Shown here in pieces: positions 7,492 to 17,352 of a stretch of 64,000 bases of DNA. Within the stretch, counting starts at the first letter, position 1. Each line of letters opens with the position of its first letter. A program made the position numbers and the translations under genes. The DNA is from Thermoplasmatales archaeon SW_10_69_26 (GTDB taxonomy: Archaea > Thermoplasmatota > SW-10-69-26). A model generated the notes under the pieces. That model did no database searches. It was given only the letters and a program-made list of their open reading frames with translations, and had not been told where the DNA came from. The stretch is from assembly GCA_003009755.1 (NCBI GenBank), contig PXUB01000042.1:55821-119820 (forward strand), read 5' to 3'.

Positions 7492-8694
7492 GTGAACCGA
7501 ACCTCGACCGCGATCCTCGTCGCCGTCGCGATGCTTTCGATGTCTGTTCCCGGGCAGGTGTCCGCGCACGAGAGCACGGCGGCGGACCTCAACGAGCTTG
7601 CTTACGACAACGTCTGGCAGATCCTCGGTCCCGGAGGAGAGACCGACGATCCGACCGTCAACGAAGGCCTCAGCACGCTGGGGCTCGACGCCGAGGAGCG
7701 CGGCGGCGAGGCTCCCGACGACAACGAAGCCAGCTGCACGCACCACGACGACGGGATCATCGACGGTCAGGCTCCCGGCGACAACGTCTGCACCGACGAC
7801 GACGGCGACAGCGAACCGGACGACGACGTCCAGAACCTGAAGTTCTTCCAGTGCCAGGGAGCGAAGAGCTTCGCCAACCCCACCGAGCAAGCCGATCTCG
7901 AGTTCGAGGCTCCCTTCCCGGTGAACCACAACGACCTCGAGAACGGCATCTTCGAGGCGACCGGCAGCTTCTTCGTCCCCGTCGGGTTCAGTGGCGAGAA
8001 CGCGAGCGATGTCTCTGAGGTCCACTTCGGCTTCGCGCACACGTTCGCCTGGCCCGCCTCCTCCTCGCTGTGCCAGCCCCCGTTCCCGCTGTCCGGCGCC
8101 TACTACGAGTTCTACCGCGGCGACACGACGCCCGAGGACGGGTTCGAGATCCCGGTCAACACGCTGCTCGTCCCCGACGCCCCCTACGGCGCCGTGCTCC
8201 GCGCCCTCGACGAGACCGGCAACACGCTCGGCGTGGCCTTCGTCTACGCGAACGTCAACAACTACCTCAACGACGCCAACTTCCGGCCGAACACGCCGAG
8301 CACATGCGATAGCGATAACCCCGGCAACGCCGGCACCGACCTGTGCCCCTACCACGACACGACGCCGCCGCGCGCGACCGTCTACAAGTCCTTCGAGATG
8401 CCCGACGACGTCTTCCCGCGCGGTGAGAACGCGGACGACGAATGCACCGAAGGTGTCGCCCTCGAGTACGGCGAGCCGGTGGAGACGTTCGAGGTGACCC
8501 GACCCAACGGGAACTCGGTCAGCTTCGACACCTACGACCCCGCCAACCGCGACGTCGACTCGACGCCCCTGGTGACCACGGCGAGAGACGACTGGGGTCC
8601 CGGCTTGTGCATCCTGAGCCCGCCCGGCGAGTTCACCGTGAAGGCGTGGGACCAGTCCGGCAACATCGGGGCGCAAACGATCATCACGACGTAG
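7492..8694 (+). CDS. Secreted acidic Cys-containing hypothetical protein (~400 aa)
   Basis: GGAGG then GTG 7492; signal peptide NRTSTAILVAVAMLSMSVPGQVSA; acidic composition; no TM anchor. Confidence 0.85.
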   Translation: MNRTSTAILVAVAMLSMSVPGQVSAHESTAADLNELAYDNVWQILGPGGETDDPTVNEGLSTLGLDAEERGGEAPDDNEASCTHHDDGIIDGQAPGDNVCTDDDGDSEPDDDVQNLKFFQCQGAKSFANPTEQADLEFEAPFPVNHNDLENGIFEATGSFFVPVGFSGENASDVSEVHFGFAHTFAWPASSSLCQPPFPLSGAYYEFYRGDTTPEDGFEIPVNTLLVPDAPYGAVLRALDETGNTLGVAFVYANVNNYLNDANFRPNTPSTCDSDNPGNAGTDLCPYHDTTPPRATVYKSFEMPDDVFPRGENADDECTEGVALEYGEPVETFEVTRPNGNSVSFDTYDPANRDVDSTPLVTTARDDWGPGLCILSPPGEFTVKAWDQSGNIGAQTIITT

Positions 8695-8712
8695 TCCCGA
8701 GGCCACCACCAT

Positions 8713-8760
8713 GGCCGCGCTCCGCGCGGCCTCCCCTCCCGTCTCTTCTCTGCTGTCTTC
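8713..8760 (+). terminator. Hairpin plus pyrimidine tract
   Basis: GGCCGCGC-TCC-GCGCGGCC followed by TCCCCTCCCGTCTCTTCTC. Confidence 0.5.
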
Positions 8761-8871
8761 CACCGCCCAGCGGAGCTATGCCACCCTGCACGTTCTGTGC
8801 CCCAGGTCCGTTGTCCCCCATCACTCAAGTAGGACGAGACGCCTCGGTAGACCGAGGCAAGGAGGCAGTCG

Positions 8872-11358
8872 ATGAGTCGCAAAGCTATCGCTATCCTCGT
8901 CGCCGTCGCGATGGTGACCGTGTTCGTCCCCGTGTCGGCCGCGACGCACTTCAGTGCAGGATACGAAGATACCGTCGCGACCGGGGCCGTGGAAACCCCC
9001 GAGAGCCCCTCGGTGGCCGGGGACGAGACGGGAACCGACGACACGCCCTACGGCGTAGGGACCAAGGAGTCGGGGTGCTACGACGCTGACGCCACGATCA
9101 GCGCGGACGAGGCCACGGACGCGGCCACGACGGACGGGTTCTGCGGCGAGCTCGTGTACCAAGAGGACACGAACTACAAGCTCGTGAGCCCGCCCGACCA
9201 GGAGATCGTCGACGACGGGTTCATCGACGACTTCGACGTCCAACGCACCTACTTCGTCGGCTCCGGGATCGGCTTGTGCGAGCCGATGTGCGACGACGGC
9301 GACGACGCCGTCTCCGCCCAGAACCTGACCTGGAACGCCACCCACACCGCCGGCTCCGAAGCAGGCGTCACCGACGGCCCCGGGGACGCGCACGGGGAAG
9401 AGGACGGCCGGTCCAACAGCTACGTCGTCGAGGCGCAGACGGCCCACGCGCCCGGCGTCGTCCAACGCAACACGGACCTGTGGGAGATGAACGGCTGGGT
9501 CATTCCCTCCCTGGGCTACGGCGGCAGCTTCGTCGGGTTCCTCGAAGACAACGAAGGCAACGTCATCGACGACGACCGCCTCCAGAGGGAGATCGAAACG
9601 CGGGTCCTCGACGGGCGGTTGAGCCCCGAGACCGAGGCCAGCATCTGCGGGTACACGCCCGACCGCCAGTTCCAGTCCACCGGCGAGCAGGGCTTTTGCG
9701 AGGCCCCGCTGCTCTACGTCCCGCCCGACGAGGGTCCCGATCCCTCCGATCCCGGCTTCGACGACTACGACGACTCGTGCGAGTCGCCCACCTACGTCTG
9801 CGGTGAATCCACCGAGGGCGGGTACTGGGAGTCCGAGGCCGTCGGCCTCGCCGGCGCCTACGGCGGCCGCTACCAGGGCGAACACATGCGCTGGCACTGG
9901 GTCATCGCGCCGAACCAGCCCGATTGCCCCAACATGGAGCCAGGCTTCGACTTCGGCTCCGATCGGGCCGAGATGCCCTACCTGGCGCACGACCTGGACG
10001 TCTACACTCCGCCCCAGCGCCTGTCCGCGTTCGGCGACCAACCGTCCACCGACAACCTCTACAGCATCGACGACGGCGAGGACGGGTACGCGAACAGCTT
10101 CATCCAGGAGTCGCCCGACGTGCCCGCCGTCCCGATCGAGGAGACCGAGGAGCAGGCCGAATCGACCGCCGAACCGGTCCGCAAGGGTGACGTGCTCGAG
10201 CCCAACCACGCCTCGCCGGCCCCCAGCGGCATCGACGACAACAGCCGCGTGGCGATCAGCGAGGATCGCACCCTCGGCCTAGGCTGCAGCGAGCTCGGCC
10301 AGACCGAGACGGACGCCACCAAGGACCCGTGGGTCAACTACCTCGACACGAGCGTGAGCGTCGACCGCACCCTGACGGTGCGCGAGCCCGTCGTGGAGGA
10401 GCGGGCACCCCCGACGAAGGGCGGCGTCTCGACCGCACAGTACGGTCTCTACGGATCGCAGGACGACGAGCACGACGGCGACAACGACCCGACGACGGAC
10501 CTGTACTCGACCTCGGGCAACGTCGGCATGTTCACCGACAAGAACGACGACGGCGAGTACGACGTGGTCGTCGGTCCCAGCAACGCCGCCAGCGGCTTCG
10601 GCGCCGGCGTCTACTCCGGCGGCAACATCGAGGCGACGGGCGCCTACCCCATGCTGTGGGACATGCACGTCAACCAGACCGACTCCGGTCTCGAGGTCGA
10701 CGAGACCTCCGGCTGCAGCGGCCCGTCCAGCCAGGAGTTCGCGAAGACGATGAAGCAGGCCGGCTACGGTCCGAACACCGGCCTCGCGCAGGCGATCTAC
10801 CTCCGCGAACCGACCGTCTTCGAGGACAGCCAGCTCGACGACGCCGACACGGCGGTATACGACGGCAACAACATCTACGTTCTGCTGAACGACGCGGCGC
10901 GGACCGCCTGGGACGGCGAGATCGACGACGGCGGCGACGACACCACGCTCGGCGAGGAGGTCGACGCCCTCGTCGAGAACCTGCGGACGTTCGTCGTGAC
11001 CGAGCACGAGGCCCCCACAGCCTCGCTCGAGGTCGAGGAGCCGGGCTCAGACCTCGGCCTGGACTCGGACTTCTTCAGCCAGTGCGGGACCGACACCGGT
11101 GGCTACTCGCTGAACCCCTCGTTCCTGCACAGTTGCCGCATCGACTGCTCGGGAGACACGATCGCGACCATGTACACGTTCGAGGTCGACCGCGACGACC
11201 CCGGCACGATCGGCGGCGGTCCGATCCCCGGCTTCCAGATCGACGGCTCGGCCTACGACTTCGGGACCGGCCAGCACACCTGGTACGACGTGGACCCGTT
11301 CGACGGTGACGCCGACCGCAACGAGCAGCGGATGACGCCGCCCTCGACGGCGCAGTGA
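8872..11358 (+). CDS. Secreted acidic hypothetical protein, paralog A (828 aa)
   Basis: AGGAGG RBS, signal peptide, and colinear similarity with 11521-13997 along its length. Confidence 0.88.
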   Translation: MSRKAIAILVAVAMVTVFVPVSAATHFSAGYEDTVATGAVETPESPSVAGDETGTDDTPYGVGTKESGCYDADATISADEATDAATTDGFCGELVYQEDTNYKLVSPPDQEIVDDGFIDDFDVQRTYFVGSGIGLCEPMCDDGDDAVSAQNLTWNATHTAGSEAGVTDGPGDAHGEEDGRSNSYVVEAQTAHAPGVVQRNTDLWEMNGWVIPSLGYGGSFVGFLEDNEGNVIDDDRLQREIETRVLDGRLSPETEASICGYTPDRQFQSTGEQGFCEAPLLYVPPDEGPDPSDPGFDDYDDSCESPTYVCGESTEGGYWESEAVGLAGAYGGRYQGEHMRWHWVIAPNQPDCPNMEPGFDFGSDRAEMPYLAHDLDVYTPPQRLSAFGDQPSTDNLYSIDDGEDGYANSFIQESPDVPAVPIEETEEQAESTAEPVRKGDVLEPNHASPAPSGIDDNSRVAISEDRTLGLGCSELGQTETDATKDPWVNYLDTSVSVDRTLTVREPVVEERAPPTKGGVSTAQYGLYGSQDDEHDGDNDPTTDLYSTSGNVGMFTDKNDDGEYDVVVGPSNAASGFGAGVYSGGNIEATGAYPMLWDMHVNQTDSGLEVDETSGCSGPSSQEFAKTMKQAGYGPNTGLAQAIYLREPTVFEDSQLDDADTAVYDGNNIYVLLNDAARTAWDGEIDDGGDDTTLGEEVDALVENLRTFVVTEHEAPTASLEVEEPGSDLGLDSDFFSQCGTDTGGYSLNPSFLHSCRIDCSGDTIATMYTFEVDRDDPGTIGGGPIPGFQIDGSAYDFGTGQHTWYDVDPFDGDADRNEQRMTPPSTAQ

Positions 11359-11376
11359 TCACGCGCGTCACCACCT

Positions 11377-11403
11377 GCTGGGGGGCAACCCCCAGCCCCT
11401 TCT
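11377..11403 (+). terminator. GCAA-tetraloop hairpin after paralog A
   Basis: GCTGGGGG-GCAA-CCCCCAGC followed by CCCTTCT. Confidence 0.5.
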
Positions 11404-11520
11404 CGGGGCCAGCCACCACCGCCGACAGAGCTCGGTGTTCCCCCAGATGCGTGCAACAGGAAAGCTTTTGAAGGCCCAGTGGAACTTCTTGACACGGCTC
11501 TGCCAGGCAGGAGGCGTTCC

Positions 11521-13997
11521 ATGAAGGCGAGAACACTTGCGGTTTGTCTAGCGGTAGCGATGCTCACGGTCACCGCGCCATCCGCCATGGCGCTTCACTT
11601 GAGCGCCGGCGGGGAGGACACGGTGCTGACGGGGATTCAGGAGGGGCCGGACTCCCAGAGCGTGGCGGGAGAGGAGAAGGAGACCAACGACACCCCCTAC
11701 TGACGCAGAAGGGCTTCTGCAGCGACCTGGTGTACAACGAGGACACCGAGTTCGTGAGGTCCAGCCCTAAAGATCAAGATCTCCGGCCCGCGGACACCGA
11801 GGGCAAGATCACGATCGACAAGTTCGACGTTCAACGTGCCTACTACACGGGCAACCTGTTCGGCGCCAGCTTCCTGCTGGGCTTCTCCGGCGAGCTCGTG
11901 GGCGTCGATGGACTCGCGTGCGTGCCCATATGCGACGACGGCGACAGCACGGGCGCCCAGAACACGACGTGGAACACGGTCCACGAGGTCGGGGCTGAAG
12001 CCGGCCTCACGGACGGCCCCGGGGACGCGAGCCAGAACGAGGACGAGGCCGACAACGACGGCCGAGCCCAGGACACCGGGGTCGCGCTCCACGTGCGCAA
12101 CGCGCCCGGCGTCATCCAGGACAACACGAACGCCTGGCAGATGAACGGCTGGGCCATCCCGTTCCCGACCGAGCGCTTCGTCGGTCAACTGGTCGACGAC
12201 GAGGGCAACACCATCACCGACGACCAGCTCGAGGATCGCGTCACCACGCTCGTCGACGAGGGGATCCTCACCAAGGGGACCACCCCCCAGATCTGCGGGT
12301 ACACGCCCGACATCAACTTCAGGTCCACCGGCGAGCAGTCCTTCTGCGACAGCCCGATGCTCTACATCGGCGACAAGGAGGACAACTCCGACGGGCTCCG
12401 CTTCGACGACTACGGTGAACAATGCGGCTCGCCCGCCTACGTGTGCGGTCCCTCCAACGGTGCCTACTGGGAGTCCGCCGCGGTCGGCCTCGCCGCCTAC
12501 GGCGGCCAGGACCAGGACGACCACATCAGGTGGCACTGGGTCGTTGCGCCCAACCAGCAAGAGTGCGGCTTCACGCAGCCCGGCTTCGACTTCGAGTCCG
12601 ATGGCGCGAAGAAGCCCTACCTCGCCCACGACCTCGACGTTTACACGCCGGTGCAGGACCTGAACAACGCTCCGCACACGTCGATCGACGGCACACAAGC
12701 GTACGCGAGCGCCCTGTCCACCGAAGGGACCGACGTCCTATTCGATGCCCTCGACCAGGTGCCGGACCTCCCCGGTGGCGTCGACGACGCCGTCAACGAC
12801 ACCGCGGACGCGGTGGACGAGGCGACCGCCTCCGTCACGACGGACAGCGTGCTCGAGCCCAACCACGTCGGCGCCGAGGACACCACGATCGACGACGACA
12901 GCCAGCAGCGCGTCGACGAGGAACGGTCCGTCACCGAAGACCCCTGCCAGCAGCTCGACGCCGACGAGAGCCCCGTCACGGTCGATCCGTGGGTCAACCT
13001 GCTCGACGCGGGCGTCGAGGACACCCGCGATCAGAACGTCGTCCTGGCCCCCACAGACGATCCGCTCGCCGGGACGAGCACCGTCGCCGACGGGATCGGC
13101 CTCTACGAGACCGACGACGACTCGGTCGACGACGACAACGACCGGACCACCGACCGCTACGTGACCGACGGCTTCACCGGCGTCTTCACCGACAAGAACG
13201 ACGACGGCGAGTACGACCGCATCCTCGGCTTCGGCGACGCCACGGACGGCTTCGGGTCGCCGGTCTACAAGCCGGACGACGTCCAGAGCGTCGGCGCCTA
13301 CCCGATGCTGTGGGATATGGAGATCAACGTCGAGAACGGCCAGCCCGTCGTCGACGAGAACGCCGGCTGCTCGCTCAGCGACTTCCCGTTCTCGAAGGCG
13401 ATGAAGGATGCTGGCTACGGGCCGAGCACGGGTCTGGCCCAAGCGATCTACCTCGAAGAGCCGACCGTGTTCCAGGAGGCCTCCAGCCCCTCGAACGCGG
13501 CGCCCTACGACGGCGGCCAGATCTTCGTCCTGCTCAGCCAGTCGCCACGTACCCAATGGGACGGCGACATCAGCCAGACGGACAGCGACCTCCCCCTCGA
13601 CGGCGAGGTCGATCGCCTGGTCCGTGAGCTGATCGACTACCTCGAGGCCGAGCACGGCATCACCGTGACGGCCGACGACGTGGAGGAGCCGGGCGCCGAG
13701 CTGGGTCTGGACAGCGACTACGAGAGCCAGTGCGGTGAGTCCACCGGCGGCTTCACCTCCGCCGTGTCGTTCACGCACACCTGCGAGTCCGGCTGTGCGG
13801 GCGACACGATCGCGACCGCGTACAGCTTCGAGGTCGCCGACGATCCGCTCGGCGGTGGGGAGATCCCGTCCTTGACGATCGAGGGCTCCGCCCACGAGTT
13901 CGGTCTCGGCCAGCAAACCTGGCACGACATCGACGCCTTCGACGGCGACCCGGACCGCAACGAGCAGAGGGAGAGCCCGCCGCCGACCGGCGACTGA
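11521..13997 (+). pseudogene. Secreted protein paralog B, frameshifted at ~11700 (deletion or assembly gap)
   Basis: MKARTLAVCLAVAM..NDTPY* (11521-11703) continues in another frame as TQKGFCSDLVY. About 24 codons present in paralog A are missing at the junction. Confidence 0.8.
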
Positions 13998-14013
13998 TCG
14001 GCTGATCCAGCGC

Positions 14014-14061
14014 ACGGGGGCCAAGCCCCCGTTTCCCTCTTCCTCTTCTCCGTCTTCCTCC
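14014..14061 (+). terminator. Hairpin plus pyrimidine tract
   Basis: ACGGGGGC-CAA-GCCCCCGT followed by TTCCCTCTTCCTCTTCTCC. Confidence 0.55.
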
Positions 14062-14142
14062 TCGTCGCAGATCGTTGTGCCCCTGCGCCGACCCGCGATC
14101 GGGGCGGTCCCCCCAGGGATCGTCTCCCCCGGGCCGAACTGG

Positions 14143-14155
14143 CAAAGGTTTAATG
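14143..14155 (+). promoter_or_regulatory. Putative BRE/TATA promoter (likely leaderless transcript)
   Basis: CAAAGGTTTAATG; TATA-like box about 26-31 nt upstream of ATG 14180. Confidence 0.55.
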
Positions 14156-14179
14156 AGCTGCTGGGGGTCCCTTCCCACG

Positions 14180-15421
14180 ATGCGACGGTTCTCCCGAGCC
14201 AGCGCGGTCCTGTTGACCGCCGTCCTCGTCATCTCTCCGATCGCCTCTGCACAGCCGATGCTGCCGAGGGTGCTCGACGAGCACGTCGGCGAGGTCGACG
14301 AGGATCTCAAGGAAGCCAACTCGACGTACGGGAACCGATCCGAGTTCCAGCGCGCGACCGCCTCGCTGTCCCGGGCCAGCCTGTCGTTGCTCAACGACGC
14401 CTGGATCGTCTCCCAGGACGAGCTCGTGAAGGCCAACGGTGGCCTGGAGACCGGGCTCGCTCGCGCGCAAGCGAGCGGGTCGGGATCCGACCAGCAGATC
14501 GTCGACCACGGCCGCCAGCTCGCCAGCGAGGCTCGCAGCGAGCTGCAGCGGATCCGCGGCAGCCTGGACAGCATGGAGCGCACCGGCCTCGAGCCGGTCG
14601 CCTTCTCCGGCGGCCTGACCGCCGCCTACACGGCCAACCGGGCGATGGATCTGCTCCGCGAGCACGACCGCGGGCTCCAGCAGTGGGAGAAAGGCAACCA
14701 GAACGAACAGGTGAAGATCGCCATCGTCTCCGGCGGCGCTGGCGCCAAGCTCGCCACCTCGATCGCCTCCGACGTCCTCGAACGGACCACCGAGGCCCGC
14801 GCCAACGCGTCCACGAGCGACCTGCTCACCGGGGACGAGCTGGACGAGCTCGTGAAAGACCGCGTGGGCTGGTCGGAGGCCAACGCCGCGCCCGCCGCCC
14901 AACCCAGCCGGGAGCGCGTCACCTCGCTGGCCGACGAAGACGAGCGGCTGATGGCCCTGTCGGCGTACACGATCTACTTCCAGGACGTCGCGTTCAACGG
15001 TGCCAACATGCAGCAACAGCGCGGCAAGGACATCGACGCCTTCCAGGAGGCCCACGACCTCGTCGAGCGGGACAAGCCGGCCGTCGAGGCGTGGGTCCAA
15101 CAGCTGGACGTCCCCGGCGACGTCGCGCTCGGAGCGGTCGCCAGCGCCGACTTCACGCTCACGCTCAACCAGAACGCGACCGGACAGGCTCGCAACCAGT
15201 CCGGCGCCTACGCGCTCGGCATGGCCCACCTCGGCATCGAGCAGGCCGGCCTGCTCGTCGAGGCGTACTCGGACCTCGAGCACGAACCCGGCACCGAGCT
15301 GGTCTCCCCCGACGCCAGCTCGCAAGACGAGGGTCTGCTGTCGGTCCCGGCTCCCGGAGCCCTCGTCGCCGCGGTCGCCGCCGCGTTCGCCGCGATCCGA
15401 TCGCGGAGGGCCCAACGGTGA
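14180..15421 (+). CDS. Secreted, probably alpha-helical surface protein with C-terminal sorting signal
   Basis: Signal peptide MRRFSRASAVLL..ASA; ends VPAPGALVAAVAAAFAAIRSRRAQR. Confidence 0.85.
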   Translation: MRRFSRASAVLLTAVLVISPIASAQPMLPRVLDEHVGEVDEDLKEANSTYGNRSEFQRATASLSRASLSLLNDAWIVSQDELVKANGGLETGLARAQASGSGSDQQIVDHGRQLASEARSELQRIRGSLDSMERTGLEPVAFSGGLTAAYTANRAMDLLREHDRGLQQWEKGNQNEQVKIAIVSGGAGAKLATSIASDVLERTTEARANASTSDLLTGDELDELVKDRVGWSEANAAPAAQPSRERVTSLADEDERLMALSAYTIYFQDVAFNGANMQQQRGKDIDAFQEAHDLVERDKPAVEAWVQQLDVPGDVALGAVASADFTLTLNQNATGQARNQSGAYALGMAHLGIEQAGLLVEAYSDLEHEPGTELVSPDASSQDEGLLSVPAPGALVAAVAAAFAAIRSRRAQR

Positions 15422-17091
15422 AGCGCGCCCTCGTCCTCCCGCTGGTCCTCGTGGTCGTGACCGGCATGATCCCGGTCGGGACAGCCCAGGAGGACGAGGG
15501 CGAGGACGAGCCTCGCTGCATCGAACCGCCCGACGTCGAGCCCACCTACGAGTGGGCCTACAACCTCTCGAACGACCGCACCCGGTACGTCGAGGTCGTC
15601 GATGCCGACACCCCCGCGACCACCTCGCGTGGCCACCACAACATCACCAAGCTCGGCTTCGAGGAACAGACCGCCGACGGGGAGCGCAAGGCCTGGGGAA
15701 GCCAGGTCCGCTTCGCGGCCGATTCCCCCTACCCGTGGGCGTTGTCCACGCAGGACCGCTGGGAACGAACCGACGAGGGCGAGCTGCGGCGGATGGACGC
15801 CTACGATCCGCCGTTCCGCAACGTCCACTACACGCAGGAAACCTGTCCCGGCCAGTTCTGGGAGTTCGAGACGCACCACACCATCCGGTACGGCAAGTAC
15901 GGGCAAGCCTCCAGCGATCAAGCCAACGAAACCTGGCAGGTCCGTGCCCTGCAGTGGTCGAACGTCTCCGTCCCCGCTGGGACCTTCGAGGCGCTCGAGA
16001 TCGCCTCGGTGCGGACCGCCGACCAGTACCGCATCACGACGCACTGGAGCCCGGAGGTCCAGGGACCGGTAAAGGTCGTGCAGGGGCCGGGCGGAGCGCC
16101 CGAGAGCACGCGCGAGCTGAGCTGGTACATCCTCGACCAGCGCCCGAGCCCGGTCTGGTGCTACAGCGTCGAGAACGCCACGTGCGGTCCCGACGCCGTC
16201 CACCCCACGGCCGGCGACACGCTGTACCTGAACGGGTCCGCCAGCTACGACGTCGAGGGCAACGTCACCGACTACACCTGGCGGGTCAGCGGCGAGGTCC
16301 ACCGCGGCCCCGTCGCCTCGTTGAACCTCACCGAGGAGCGGACCCTCGACGTCCGCCTGTTCGTGACCGACGAGGCCAACCGCACCTCCACGCTCGGCCA
16401 GACGATCTACGTCGCACCCGAGGAGGGCACCGGGGTCGGCGTCAGCGGACCGACGAAAGCTCTCGAAGGACAGGTCGTCACGCTCGAGGCTCACACGAGC
16501 TTCGACCCCGTCGAGATCCGATGGCGGGACAACTCCACCGTCGTCGGCGACGGGGACACCTACCAGTTCTACATGGAGGAGACGACGAACCTCAGCGTCG
16601 ACGCCTTCCACGAGTCCGGCCGCGTCTCCACGACCAACCACACCGTCCACCTCGTCGACGACGGCGAGGGGTCCGAGGGCAGCGACGAGCAGACCCAGCG
16701 TTACCCGCCCGGCGGCTCCGAGCGGCTCGCCATCCTCGAACCCTTGGAGGGCCAGGTCGTGCCCTCGAGCTTCGAGGTCGTGGTCCGGGCGGAGACCGAG
16801 GCCACGCTCACCGCCGACGACCGCCCCGTCTGGCAGGGCACCGCCGACCCGTCCGAGCGCGTCCCCGTGAGGCTCGACCAAGGCGATCGAACGCTCGTCC
16901 TGGCGAGCTCATCCGAGCAACAGACGGTGAACGTGACCGTCTCGGCCGACGCGACCGGCAGCGGCGACGAGGCCGCGACGACGGACAACGCCTCGACCGG
17001 CGACGGCCTGGCACCGACACCGGCGCCCTCCGCACTGCTCGTAGCCGGCCTGGTGGCCAGCTTGGCCCTGGCTCGCCGACGCGAGCGGTGA
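15418..17091 (+). CDS. PKD-domain surface protein with C-terminal sorting signal (~557 aa)
   Basis: GTGA overlap; signal peptide; VSVPAGTF motif; PKD-like LNGSASYDVEGNVTDYTW..LFVTD; ends TPAPSALLVAGLVASLALARRRER. Confidence 0.85.
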   Translation: MKRALVLPLVLVVVTGMIPVGTAQEDEGEDEPRCIEPPDVEPTYEWAYNLSNDRTRYVEVVDADTPATTSRGHHNITKLGFEEQTADGERKAWGSQVRFAADSPYPWALSTQDRWERTDEGELRRMDAYDPPFRNVHYTQETCPGQFWEFETHHTIRYGKYGQASSDQANETWQVRALQWSNVSVPAGTFEALEIASVRTADQYRITTHWSPEVQGPVKVVQGPGGAPESTRELSWYILDQRPSPVWCYSVENATCGPDAVHPTAGDTLYLNGSASYDVEGNVTDYTWRVSGEVHRGPVASLNLTEERTLDVRLFVTDEANRTSTLGQTIYVAPEEGTGVGVSGPTKALEGQVVTLEAHTSFDPVEIRWRDNSTVVGDGDTYQFYMEETTNLSVDAFHESGRVSTTNHTVHLVDDGEGSEGSDEQTQRYPPGGSERLAILEPLEGQVVPSSFEVVVRAETEATLTADDRPVWQGTADPSERVPVRLDQGDRTLVLASSSEQQTVNVTVSADATGSGDEAATTDNASTGDGLAPTPAPSALLVAGLVASLALARRRER

Positions 17092-17352
17092 CCGGTCCCC
17101 GAGGACGAGGGCCGATCTGTGAGGCCCCTCGCGCCGAGGGATCAGCGACGGGCGCCCCCGCCGAGACCGCCTGGACCGACGTCGGCCCCTTCGAGGGCGA
17201 TCTGGACCGCGACGGCGAGGACGGCAACCGGCCCCAACACCACGCGAGACGTGCCGGCCCGCCGGTGATCGGCGCCCGCTTGCCCCCACCTGAATACAGA
17301 CGCACCACAAGCTTGAAGGGCACTTCGGCGGACTGCCGAGCGGGGACCACAC

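Noticed and set aside
17092-17352. Gap with a short acidic-looking reading frame and a hairpin
   Set aside because: No RBS or clean ORF; more likely terminator plus promoter (CAAGCTTGAAGG)
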